From a virus: a DNA stretch of 64,000 bases. A program made the translations under genes and the position numbers. The notes beneath the pieces are model-generated. The model had not been told where the DNA came from. It worked only from the letters and a program-made list of their open reading frames with translations, and made no database searches. Position 1 is the first letter of the stretch. Each line of letters opens with the position of its first letter. Below, in pieces: positions 9,835 through 18,772 of this stretch. The DNA lies in IMG/VR virus record IMGVR_UViG_3300031857_000034, positions 1 to 64,000 of that record; one strand, 5' to 3'.

Positions 9835-10824
9835 TTACTGCTTTTGCTGACGTGCGCGGATCATAGCCAGGATGTCCTGGGCATTTGAACCAGATGCCTG
9901 CGCGGGTTTGGCCACTGGCGCCGAAGCAGCGTCTTCATCCTCGTCAAAAGATGATGCTGCCTTGGCCGGGGCCGGGGTAGAAGTGGCGCTTGCTTCTTCT
10001 GGGGCAGATGGCGCCGGGGAACCAGCCGGAGCCGCCATACCACCAGGGCGGAAGTAAGCACCCCAACGGTCGGGATCATAAGGTTTGCCATCAACGCTGG
10101 CCTCAAACATATCCTTCATTACCTTCAACTCTACATCGGTTGGCTTCTTCGGTAAGAAACTGGAGAGGTCAAACAAACCGAATTTCTCAATCGCTTCAAG
10201 TTCGGCCTGCGTCAGTGACGTTTCCTTACGTGCCCATTTACTGGTGCTGTAATCTGCATAACCACCTTTTGAGGTCTTGGAAACACGGAAATCCAGGCCA
10301 CGCTCATAGTCGGTTGGCAGTTCTTCAATCTCGGGATCCATCAAGCTCGCTTTGATAATGGTAAAGATCTGCGGGCTGATGATGAAACGCCGGATGGGGT
10401 TTTCTGGAAGTTTGTCTTCTGCAAGTTCTGACTCGCGTACAAAGCCTTGGAAGATGTAACTACGTTTCTTCCAGTACTTACGACCCATTTCTTCCAGGCT
10501 AGGGTCTTTGAACCATCCACGTACTTCTGCGAGGATTGGGCACGAGTCGCCCCACATCTCCACGCAAGGTACTTGGACCACTGTGGGTTTAGAATCCATT
10601 TCTCCTTTGACGCCAGCGAAAGGCAATTTGATCATTGCTCGTTCGATCCAAAAGAATGTGTTCTTGGAGTTTGCGTCTGGGAGGAATCTGAGGACTGCGG
10701 ATTTGCCTTCCTCTAAGTTCCAGTGTGCGAAAATTGAATTATCACCGCCACCGGATTGAGAACCTTGTGTACGATTCTCTTGCGCCTGCAGTTTGGCGCG
10801 AATTTCTGCCATTGATGTTGCCAT
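9835..10824 (-). CDS. Single-stranded DNA-binding protein (T4 gp32-like)
   Basis: AVLRFLP, VPCVEMWGDSCP, YWKKRSY, GYADYSTSKW motifs; acidic/Ala-Pro tail; start MATSMAEI after GAAAGGA. Confidence 0.9.
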   Translation of the reverse strand: MATSMAEIRAKLQAQENRTQGSQSGGGDNSIFAHWNLEEGKSAVLRFLPDANSKNTFFWIERAMIKLPFAGVKGEMDSKPTVVQVPCVEMWGDSCPILAEVRGWFKDPSLEEMGRKYWKKRSYIFQGFVRESELAEDKLPENPIRRFIISPQIFTIIKASLMDPEIEELPTDYERGLDFRVSKTSKGGYADYSTSKWARKETSLTQAELEAIEKFGLFDLSSFLPKKPTDVELKVMKDMFEASVDGKPYDPDRWGAYFRPGGMAAPAGSPAPSAPEEASATSTPAPAKAASSFDEDEDAASAPVAKPAQASGSNAQDILAMIRARQQKQ

Positions 10825-10890
10825 TGTAGGTTTGTCCTTTCGTTGCCTAAGTTGGTCTATGTTTATGCCTAGATACACAAGCATTCTGCA

Positions 10891-10919
10891 AGTGTAACAA
10901 TATTATTTAGTCAGGTCAA
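10891..10919 (-). promoter_or_regulatory. Sigma70-type promoter with a nested CTAAATA late promoter
   Basis: TTGACC-N17-TACACT; the spacer contains CTAAATA. Confidence 0.6.
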
Positions 10920-10956
10920 TGACAAAGTGTATTTTTTTGGTAGTTTTTTTGCCAGA

Positions 10957-11286
10957 TTAGGCAGAAGCCACTTTGCGTCTTTTGGCAGGAGATTTTTGAT
11001 GCTCTAGTACAGCCAGTTTGACTTCTTGTTCGTGTACTTCTTCGTGTACGGTGGATAGTTCTCTTTTGATTTCGGAAACGTCTTGTTCGATGTTGATGAC
11101 TTTTTCGTGTAGGATGCTGAGGATTTGGTTTTGTGCTTCGTGTTCTTTGGTCACGTAATCCATATTGGCATTGACCTGATTGAACCAGTGCTTGAGCTGC
11201 CACCAGATTCCACCAAGAGAAAAGAAAAATATCAACAACCACCAGTCGCGGATAATGGTATTCGCGAGAGTTACAAAATCTGTCAT
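10957..11286 (-). CDS. Single-TM coiled-coil membrane protein (possible holin/antiholin-like)
   Basis: Hydrophobic WWLLIFFFSLGGIWW segment, heptad coiled coil, basic C-terminus. Confidence 0.55.
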   Translation of the reverse strand: MTDFVTLANTIIRDWWLLIFFFSLGGIWWQLKHWFNQVNANMDYVTKEHEAQNQILSILHEKVINIEQDVSEIKRELSTVHEEVHEQEVKLAVLEHQKSPAKRRKVASA

Positions 11287-11367
11287 AACGGTTCACTTTC
11301 GATGCAGCATGATTATGACTCGATCATGCCAGCATGGGTTCGATTTTATTTATGTCAGTACTTGATT

Positions 11368-12759
11368 TTAAGGCTTGAAGCCAACAGAATTTGGCGGAAC
11401 TTGGCGTTGTGTCACGCCCGAAAGTTCTCGTTGTACCGCTGCAGGATCCGGTTGTGCGTCAGGTTCGCGAACCACACTCTTGATCTTGGGTGCGCCACCG
11501 CTGGCATCGATTTGTTGTGTGTTGGTTAACTTCTGCGATATCCTGGCCACTGATTGATGATCGGCGCCTTGGTTCTGCATCCATTGCAGTATGATGGGTC
11601 TTGCATCTGCTTCGGGATCAGATTCGGCAGCATCGCTCAACATATCAAACAGCACATCATCGCCCAGCAAGTCATACAGCTTGCCTGTGGCATTTTGTGC
11701 ATTGGCGCCCAGTTTCAAGGGCTGGCTCATGATTTCGATCAGTTGATCTTCGGCTTCTTTGTCTTTGGGCAAGGACCAAGTGCCTTCTAGCAAACTATCA
11801 GCCCAGGCTTCAAACTGGTCTGCTTCAGCCATGGTGCCCAGTATGGGTGCTACTTCTGCTACCATTTCTTGATTGGGTGCTTGGCAAAACAGTTCTTTGA
11901 TGGCCTGTACTGTGCTCTCAGTCACAGCAACATCAGAGGATGAATCAAAATTGCTCACGTGAGTCTGATAGCCTCTGCGACCTGCCAGGCTCTTCAGGCG
12001 TTTTCTCTGCTCTTGATAATGACGGCGTGCAGCTTCTACCAGTTCAATCTGTGGCGTGTTGGCCCAGTTGCCTGCAGATACTCTGCGCAGGAAATTGCCC
12101 ATGACCGCACACTCTTTCACCATCTTGGTGATATTCTGTCCCACTGGATCCCAAGGATTGCCACCTTCGGCGCAATGGCGTGCCATGGCGCGGCCTCCTA
12201 CCAAACTGGTAAAGGGCAGTTTGAATCTCTGTTCATCTTCGGTTTCTATAAAAAGTTCTTGTATGTGTCTAAATCTAGCATCACCTTCGTTGATGTCACG
12301 GTTGTGACGTATTCTCAGTTTGGTCTTCTGTGGACCAGTGGTGCGGCTGATGTGTTTGCTGCCCCAATAGCGTCCTTCTGCCAAGTTGGCAGACTCTGCA
12401 CGTTTCAAACGATATGGCAGTTGGCTGGCATCTGATATTTTAAAGTCCGGACTTTTGCGTCTTGCAAAGTTGCGTAATTCTTGCATGAAAGCAAACCAAG
12501 CATCTCTGGCGCCTGAATCGTTGTCCATGTGTTTGCCAATGGCATCTGTGACCAGCAATTCTATGCTGAGATCTGGACTTAAGATTATGACCACGGAACC
12601 ATAGTTGGTACCGTTGTGCTCAAAGTCAAAACTGAATATATCGCTGTCTTGTATGGCCGTGTCTTGATTGCCTGTGTTGTTGAGGCTTTTGACATCAAAA
12701 CCCTTGGCTGTGAGCAGGTTGTACAATTGTTGTGCTATGTTGTCTTTGGTTTGGGGCAT
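11368..12759 (-). CDS. Hypothetical late (probably virion) protein
   Basis: 463-aa ORF with TAAATA 4 nt upstream of ATG; directly downstream of the terminase. Confidence 0.75.
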   Translation of the reverse strand: MPQTKDNIAQQLYNLLTAKGFDVKSLNNTGNQDTAIQDSDIFSFDFEHNGTNYGSVVIILSPDLSIELLVTDAIGKHMDNDSGARDAWFAFMQELRNFARRKSPDFKISDASQLPYRLKRAESANLAEGRYWGSKHISRTTGPQKTKLRIRHNRDINEGDARFRHIQELFIETEDEQRFKLPFTSLVGGRAMARHCAEGGNPWDPVGQNITKMVKECAVMGNFLRRVSAGNWANTPQIELVEAARRHYQEQRKRLKSLAGRRGYQTHVSNFDSSSDVAVTESTVQAIKELFCQAPNQEMVAEVAPILGTMAEADQFEAWADSLLEGTWSLPKDKEAEDQLIEIMSQPLKLGANAQNATGKLYDLLGDDVLFDMLSDAAESDPEADARPIILQWMQNQGADHQSVARISQKLTNTQQIDASGGAPKIKSVVREPDAQPDPAAVQRELSGVTQRQVPPNSVGFKP

Positions 12760-12775
12760 ATTGTATTTATTAAAA

Positions 12776-14320
12776 TCACATGATGGCTATAAAGGGCATG
12801 GGCTGTATAATTTCGTCATGATCGCGCCAGTGCTGGCTTATTTCTGCGTCAAAACTCTGTATAACGTCCATGGCCCTTACACACAGTATAGTTGACATAA
12901 CCAAGTCATCTGTGTCGCCGGGTTTGGCCTTGTAACTGTTGCCCGAAGCCACAAACACTTTTAGTTCAGATATCAAGGGGCGGCTGTGTAGTTTCATGCG
13001 CCGAGATTCCAGCAAGTGTTTGAGTTTGGCGCAGGCTGTGATTTTGGTGCTGTGCGTGGTATTGAACCCGCGGCGTTTTTTTCCAGGTTCGTGCATGAAA
13101 CTGCCGGGTATGTTCTCTTCGCCAAAATCTCTAAGGCTGATCAAGGCCGCCTCACCAATGGTGTTGTTTTCCACTGTGTAGTAAATGTTCTGCGGTTCCT
13201 TGGTGATGCCTTCGATGTATCTGCAGATTTCTGCTATGATCTTGACCTGATCGGGTATGACGGTTTTGTTGTGTCGCCATTCTGCTACCTGGCTGGTGGT
13301 ATTGGCTTCGAACACCTGTATGGCAGCAGCATCGCCGCCGGTGCCTAGGCTGGGATCCAGGCCCACCACATATGTCTTGCCTTTTATAGGCTGTTGATAC
13401 CAGCGAACCTGTCCGTGTTTGAACACAGGCTCTTGTCCTTCCAGTTCAAACAGTGTGTTGGCATTGATCAGTGTTTCGTCGGCAATGACAAATTCACACA
13501 AGATTTCTCGCCTGAATCGATCTTCGCCCAGTTGGCTGCGCATCTGTTCTTCGTACTCATCGCCGCGCTCGGGGTGCTCTCGCCAGTTTGCCTGATATGC
13601 CTTGAATCCGTTGATGCCAAGGTCGGTCTGGTTGCCAAACTCGTCAACTGTTTTGTTAGCGCCCTTCCACAGCAGGGCAAACTGATCTTCATCAGAGTTG
13701 GGTGTGCTGGTTATAATGGCTTTACCACCTGTGCTCAGAGTGGGGGATATGGATGTCCAAAATTCCTGCGCGATACTGGGTCTCACGAATGCAAACTCGT
13801 CTGCGTACAGCAATGAGATTGACATACCTCGGCCTGTGTTTTCTGTTGTGGTCTGTGCTACTATCCTGCTGCCGTTGTCAAAATCTATGCTGCCTTTGTT
13901 GTAACTGGTAGCGCCTGCTCGTATATGATTGGGACAGGCTTCGTAAGCAAATCGTATGCGCTGCATGATCTCCTGTGCGCCTAGATACTTGTGTGCCGCG
14001 ATCAATATGGTGGAGTCCGGAACAAACATGGCATACCATAATAGATAACCTGCGGCCGAAGTGGATTTACCAGTCTGGCGAGGCATGAGGCTGATACTGA
14101 ATCTATAATTGTGATAGTTGTGGATCAGGCGTTTTTGATAGTCCCAGGGATGATACTGTATCTTGCCTTTTACCGGATGCTGTATGTAAAAAAAGTTATC
14201 CATAAAGTAAAGATAACCATCTACGGGATCCATACAAGTGGCCAGTTCGGCCTGTTGCTCTATAGACCAGTGGCTGCGAACATACGGGCTCTTGATTATC
14301 TCTACTGTGTTTTTACTCAT
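12776..14320 (-). CDS. terL: Terminase large subunit (T4 gp17-like)
   Basis: YQK, PRQTGKST Walker A, LYADEFAF Walker B, ITSTPN, nuclease GLDPSLG and DDLVMS motifs. Confidence 0.95.
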   Translation of the reverse strand: MSKNTVEIIKSPYVRSHWSIEQQAELATCMDPVDGYLYFMDNFFYIQHPVKGKIQYHPWDYQKRLIHNYHNYRFSISLMPRQTGKSTSAAGYLLWYAMFVPDSTILIAAHKYLGAQEIMQRIRFAYEACPNHIRAGATSYNKGSIDFDNGSRIVAQTTTENTGRGMSISLLYADEFAFVRPSIAQEFWTSISPTLSTGGKAIITSTPNSDEDQFALLWKGANKTVDEFGNQTDLGINGFKAYQANWREHPERGDEYEEQMRSQLGEDRFRREILCEFVIADETLINANTLFELEGQEPVFKHGQVRWYQQPIKGKTYVVGLDPSLGTGGDAAAIQVFEANTTSQVAEWRHNKTVIPDQVKIIAEICRYIEGITKEPQNIYYTVENNTIGEAALISLRDFGEENIPGSFMHEPGKKRRGFNTTHSTKITACAKLKHLLESRRMKLHSRPLISELKVFVASGNSYKAKPGDTDDLVMSTILCVRAMDVIQSFDAEISQHWRDHDEIIQPMPFIAIM

Positions 14321-14345
14321 GTAGGTATTTACTACCAAAGATCTA

Positions 14346-15233
14346 TCACTGCAAATAGATCTTTGACAGTTGTTCAATGGTGCTATCAGTGGTAGCGTCG
14401 TCGTGCTTGATACCTATGCCGCCTTTGGCCTGCCATTTGGCTATCTTTTCTCCGTGATCATCGACCAACACATTGGGTCTGCCACCTTTCATGGCATACC
14501 GGTGTTTGTCTGATGTAAAGATAGCATCTTGGCTGACACCGGGGGTGTGCCGGTCTAGCCAGCGGCGCTTGCCTGCTGTGCTGGCTTCGTGTCTCATGCG
14601 CAATGGTGCCGACAAGATTGTGTAAGGTATTTTGTGTTGTTGTAGCCAGGACAAGAGTTTTGCACCACCGCGTAGCATGGGCAAGGTGGCAAAAAATTCT
14701 TCTACGAACTCGTCGCCTTTGTCAACCAGTTTCATGATGTTGGCCGTTTGTGCAGCCACATCGCCCATGTCTCGATAATTTTTGAATCCAAACATCTTGG
14801 CCCACTGCAGGAAGAAGTCAGCCTGCACACCGTCCATGTCTAGATACAGATGTGGCTTGGATTGTTGTTGCGATTCGGATTCCCCAACATTGTATGTGGG
14901 ATCGGTTTTTTGACGCCGCATAGCCTTGGGTTGGCTGGGATCTACAGGATCTATATCGGTAGTGGTCAATCCTGTGCGTTCTAAATCTTTTATATACTCG
15001 TGCTCGGCTTCTTCACTGCCAAAGTTAATGATCGCGCTGGGTGGTCCTTTACCAAAGTCATGCCGGCCAAGGCCTTTGAGATTGCTGATATGCTGGCCTA
15101 GTTTGTACCAATCGTACACATCACTGACATCCACACGCACTGTGCCTGCAGGCATGGTAGGTTTGAATTCAGGACCTGGCGGCGTGGCATTGGGATCGTA
15201 GTCTTCTCTACGGACGAATTCTTTGGCTCTCAT
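14346..15233 (-). CDS. Putative internal head protein: leader, small paralog domain and HAD 5'(3')-nucleotidase-like domain
   Basis: Starts MRAKEFVRRE; C-terminal LYLDMDGVQADF, ILSAP, GKRRWL, VLVDD, W..KGG.GI.H. Confidence 0.8.
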   Translation of the reverse strand: MRAKEFVRREDYDPNATPPGPEFKPTMPAGTVRVDVSDVYDWYKLGQHISNLKGLGRHDFGKGPPSAIINFGSEEAEHEYIKDLERTGLTTTDIDPVDPSQPKAMRRQKTDPTYNVGESESQQQSKPHLYLDMDGVQADFFLQWAKMFGFKNYRDMGDVAAQTANIMKLVDKGDEFVEEFFATLPMLRGGAKLLSWLQQHKIPYTILSAPLRMRHEASTAGKRRWLDRHTPGVSQDAIFTSDKHRYAMKGGRPNVLVDDHGEKIAKWQAKGGIGIKHDDATTDSTIEQLSKIYLQ

Positions 15234-15418
15234 TTGACTTCCTGTACATTGCCTACCAAGGCAGTATGACCAAACTGATCCTTGACCAAGCGACGAGCAA
15301 GATTGGCATTGGGCGCAGTGATGGTGGTGTCTATCATCTGCGTATGGCCCACTTGTTTGATTTTAACACGCACCCGAAACAGTTTCATGTTTTTTGGCAA
15401 GAACTCACTGGCTTTCAT
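15230..15418 (-). CDS. Small hypothetical protein with capsid-targeting-like start
   Basis: MKASEFLPKN start; ATGA coupling to the next gene. Confidence 0.65.
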   Translation of the reverse strand: MKASEFLPKNMKLFRVRVKIKQVGHTQMIDTTITAPNANLARRLVKDQFGHTALVGNVQEVK

Positions 15419-15674
15419 CGTAATGCCTTTCGCCGGTGAGTGTGGGTTTGGCAAACCAAAGTTTGAACCACTCTTTGGTACCTGGCTTGATATCACGCTC
15501 GCGTTCAACGCGTCTTAGGTCTGCTGCTAGATCTGGTTTGACTGCCGAGCAATCATTACTGGACGCTGGCTGATCCAGGCCCGCAAGACGCTTGATGTCA
15601 GCCAGGCTGGTATCAACCGGGGTAAGTTCTACTTTTTTTTGAAGTTTTGCAGCAGAGTATGGATCAAACATCAT
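15405..15674 (-). CDS. Hypothetical protein
   Basis: ORF directly after CTAAATA; contains IKRLAGL (also the scaffold C-terminal motif LKRLAGL) and IKPGTKEWFKLWF. Confidence 0.65.
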   Translation of the reverse strand: MMFDPYSAAKLQKKVELTPVDTSLADIKRLAGLDQPASSNDCSAVKPDLAADLRRVERERDIKPGTKEWFKLWFAKPTLTGERHYDESQ

Positions 15675-15692
15675 CCAGTATTTAGCACTGGA

Positions 15693-16340
15693 TTATTTGA
15701 TATCCATCGGGCGTTTTTTACGCAGTAGGAAGGCAAAATGCTGATCTTGGATTTTTTCGTCTGAGTCTTTTTTGTTATATTCTAAGGTCATGACCTGATT
15801 CAGTTCTACATCAAATCCTGATTTATAAAACAATGCTGCCCACATTTCTAGTGTAAGAATACTATAAACTCCCTTGGCCATTTCATGATTAGCAGGCTGC
15901 TGTGGGCAAGGAACTTCAATGTACAGTGGTGCTTTTAATTTTAAAATACGATTGTATTCCATAAGAGTAAAGAATGGAAATACACTGTGTTGGATACACT
16001 GTCTGGCAAAGATAAAATCTACAGCTTCGTCTTTGTTTGGCAAGAAGCTCATATCCCTGCGATCAAAATTTAAATTTCTTTCTTGTAGACTACGCACGGT
16101 ATTGAGATTGTAATCTAAACAGCATATATTGGTATATCCATGTTTTAGCATTTCAATTTGGAAATAACCGTATCCCGAACCCACATCTTTGATATCTGCA
16201 TCTTTGGCAATATTCAAAGGTAGCACTATATTTTCGATGATTTGAGTTGTAATTTTTTCATCACGTTCGTTAGGCAGATGTTCGTCTAACTGAGTATAAA
16301 TGAATTCGTTATAAAATTTAAGTTTGATGGGTTCTAGCAT
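15693..16340 (-). CDS. Class I SAM-dependent methyltransferase
   Basis: DVGSGYG motif I, DMSFLP..DEAVDFIFARQCIQH, E.NRILK. Confidence 0.8.
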   Translation of the reverse strand: MLEPIKLKFYNEFIYTQLDEHLPNERDEKITTQIIENIVLPLNIAKDADIKDVGSGYGYFQIEMLKHGYTNICCLDYNLNTVRSLQERNLNFDRRDMSFLPNKDEAVDFIFARQCIQHSVFPFFTLMEYNRILKLKAPLYIEVPCPQQPANHEMAKGVYSILTLEMWAALFYKSGFDVELNQVMTLEYNKKDSDEKIQDQHFAFLLRKKRPMDIK

Positions 16341-16391
16341 AGTTCTATTAGTTATGCGCTAGATTGATGTGTTTTAGTTTTTTTGGAGGAC

Positions 16392-17102
16392 TTATGTTGA
16401 TACTTGAGCAAACCATGTGCTGTAGATATGGTCGGCCGTAGACTGATGCTGTGCCAGATATGGATCAATGCCGTTGAGTATGTCTTGTCCGCTTTGTACC
16501 GACGAGTATCTGATGCGTGCCGCAGCCCAGGTGGGATCTTCATCTGCTGCCCAGGCCTGTGCTTTTGCCACATCCATTTCAATATGGAACTGCATGGCCA
16601 GATGAGGTCCAAAGCACCAGGCCTGATTAGGACAAGATGCACTGGTGGCCAAACGTGTGGCTCCGGTGGGCACAGCAAAGGCTTCATAGTGCCATTGCAT
16701 GATCATGGCGGTGGGATTGGGTCCAAACCAATGATTGACCAGTGGATCAGACTCGTATTCAATAGGCTGCCAACCAATTTCGGGTTGTGGACTGGCAGTA
16801 ATGTTGGCACCCAGTGCTCGGCTCATCAGTTGTCCACCTAGACAATGACCTATCACTGGACGATCTTTAAGCACTGCCTGCAATATCAATATTTCTGCCT
16901 GACGATTTGACAACAAGGGATCGTTGGCGCTCATACCGCCGCCCATGATAGCCATGGCCGAGTAAGGTTCTATACTGGCCGGAAAGGCCTGATTGGATCC
17001 GGCATTGTATGTTTCATAGGGAATATTGTGTTGTTTTAACCAAGTAACGAGATATGCTGGCCACTCGGGAGTTTGATGTTGGAGTATTAGTACAGGTTTC
17101 AT
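16392..17102 (-). CDS. Type 1 glutamine amidotransferase (class I GATase, GMP-synthase-like)
   Basis: GGGMSAND, GHCLGGQL nucleophile elbow, QWHYE, QFHIE (Cys-His-Glu triad). Confidence 0.9.
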   Translation of the reverse strand: MKPVLILQHQTPEWPAYLVTWLKQHNIPYETYNAGSNQAFPASIEPYSAMAIMGGGMSANDPLLSNRQAEILILQAVLKDRPVIGHCLGGQLMSRALGANITASPQPEIGWQPIEYESDPLVNHWFGPNPTAMIMQWHYEAFAVPTGATRLATSASCPNQAWCFGPHLAMQFHIEMDVAKAQAWAADEDPTWAAARIRYSSVQSGQDILNGIDPYLAQHQSTADHIYSTWFAQVST

Positions 17103-17115
17103 AGACAATGAAAGA

Positions 17116-17514
17116 TCACTGTCCATATCCACGGAATGCCTTGACGGGACTTACTTTATGTACGTGCTCAGCTTCGGTACTGCGATTGTCTGTGAGTTTT
17201 TTAACTTCGCCGGCACCCACTGACTTGGCTGCTGCATTGATAATTCTTAGATCTTCGTCAGTATAGGTTGCCAACAATGGATCTCCAGCAAAGGCACCTG
17301 CTGGTGGTGTGGGAAAGTCTGGAGCGCCTGCCATTGCTATACCAAAACGCCATTGCGTATAAGGACTGCCACCTTGTTTGGTCTGACTGATATCAGGCAT
17401 GGAGATAGCGCCTTTGATAGCAGACTTGTGCGACTTGGGCAGTTTATCTGCGTCGGCTGGTACATCGGCTGCGCTGCCGAACTTGGCTTCAATAACAAAT
17501 TCTCGTGCTCTCAT
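17116..17514 (-). CDS. Putative internal head protein, paralog A
   Basis: Starts MRAREFVIEA; ends SPVKAFRGYGQ; similar to 18392 and 19737. Confidence 0.75.
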   Translation of the reverse strand: MRAREFVIEAKFGSAADVPADADKLPKSHKSAIKGAISMPDISQTKQGGSPYTQWRFGIAMAGAPDFPTPPAGAFAGDPLLATYTDEDLRIINAAAKSVGAGEVKKLTDNRSTEAEHVHKVSPVKAFRGYGQ

Positions 17515-18389
17515 TATAGATCTTTCATATTCATATGACCAAAGGGCGGATCAACGTGTGTGTTTTGCCACAGCGCACGATTGCTCAATATCTCAACCCA
17601 GACATTGGTGTCGGGACGATTGAGCCGCCAAAAATCAAATTCCATGTGACTACTGATAGGGCGGCAATACAAAGTCCGCTCCTTGGGCACACACAGTTGT
17701 TGGCTTGTAGTCCTCATCTTCTTTCGTTGTGTGCTGGTTCTCATGATATTTAGTTGGGCATCATTTATGTATACTTGGCACATTCCGTCTACTAGATCTT
17801 CGGGTTTTTTGGCAGATTTGACCACTTGTTCGGCCAGCAGTAATCTGGTTTCGCTGCTGAGTCTGCTGATAGTTTCGCTGGTGTTTGAAGGTTTCCATTG
17901 ATACCCTGCGTCGGGCATCCATAGTCCGTGATTGCTTCTGGCCACTGTGTTCTTCTTGGCAATTTTTTTCACGGTAGATCTAAAAGGCCCTTTGCCGTCA
18001 TCGTCAGTGGCTTCTATCAGATATAAATCATCCGCATTGAACACTATGGTGCAGCCACCTAGTTGTCGTTTGACCAACAACTTCACAGCATCCAAGGGAT
18101 CCTGATACAACAAAGCCTGTGCTATGATCCTGCCATCGGGACTGGTATGTTCTGTGCCGGCTTCCACTTCGCTTTCGTCGTCGTAGACATCAAGACTGGT
18201 GTTTAGTATACTAAGCCCGGCACTGTTGATACCTTCTTTATAGCCAGTGACACGATCGTGCATCATCATGCGATCCACACCTTGCTGTTCGCTTTCGATG
18301 AAATCTAATACAGGAGTGTAGTTGCGATCCCGATTCTTGGCGCCGGCCCATCCTATGCCAGGAAAGTATTTTGCAACTATGATGCACAT
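17514..18389 (-). CDS. N-terminal-nucleophile (Ntn) hydrolase, NRDE/TANGO2 or C45-like
   Basis: Cys at position 2 (MCIIV), KNRDR, EGINSAGL.I.N, ARSNH. Confidence 0.65.
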   Translation of the reverse strand: MCIIVAKYFPGIGWAGAKNRDRNYTPVLDFIESEQQGVDRMMMHDRVTGYKEGINSAGLSILNTSLDVYDDESEVEAGTEHTSPDGRIIAQALLYQDPLDAVKLLVKRQLGGCTIVFNADDLYLIEATDDDGKGPFRSTVKKIAKKNTVARSNHGLWMPDAGYQWKPSNTSETISRLSSETRLLLAEQVVKSAKKPEDLVDGMCQVYINDAQLNIMRTSTQRKKMRTTSQQLCVPKERTLYCRPISSHMEFDFWRLNRPDTNVWVEILSNRALWQNTHVDPPFGHMNMKDL

Positions 18390-18391
18390 GG

Positions 18392-18772
18392 TTACTGCCC
18401 GTAACCCCGGAATGACTTTACTGGGCTGGTGCGATTGACGTAATCTGCTTCTAGACTGCCTTTTTCTATATATTCTTCGGGTTTCATGTCTAGCTTTTTC
18501 ATTATAGCGATGAGCTTTTCGCGATCGTATTCGGTGTATGCGCTGAACAGCGGCAAGTTACCAAAGAAACCGATGTCATCTACTTTATCAAGTTCTTTTG
18601 GGTCCATACCGGCCAATGAACACACGCGATAGAAGTCGTAGTATCTACCCCAATATACATCGCCCGAACCGCCGGGACCTACCAATCCTGGATGTGCCAT
18701 TTCAAACTCGTGGCGGGCGGCAGAACGCCGATTGTTCCTTTTGCCTTCGGTAATGAATTCGTGTGCTCTCAT
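18392..18772 (-). CDS. Putative internal head protein, paralog B
   Basis: Starts MRAHEFITEG; ends SPVKSFRGYGQ. Confidence 0.75.
   Translation of the reverse strand: MRAHEFITEGKRNNRRSAARHEFEMAHPGLVGPGGSGDVYWGRYYDFYRVCSLAGMDPKELDKVDDIGFFGNLPLFSAYTEYDREKLIAIMKKLDMKPEEYIEKGSLEADYVNRTSPVKSFRGYGQ

Noticed and set aside
10825-10890. T4-like gp32 autoregulatory pseudoknot in the leader
   Set aside because: Only two short TAGGCA repeats are visible; I could not support a pseudoknot by eye.
7704-14377. Longer starts in the ORF track for the cytidylyltransferase (7760), UvsX (9633), gp32 (10884) and TerL (14377)
   Set aside because: They overlap upstream genes or promoters; downstream ATGs with SD, gene coupling or TAAATA fit better.
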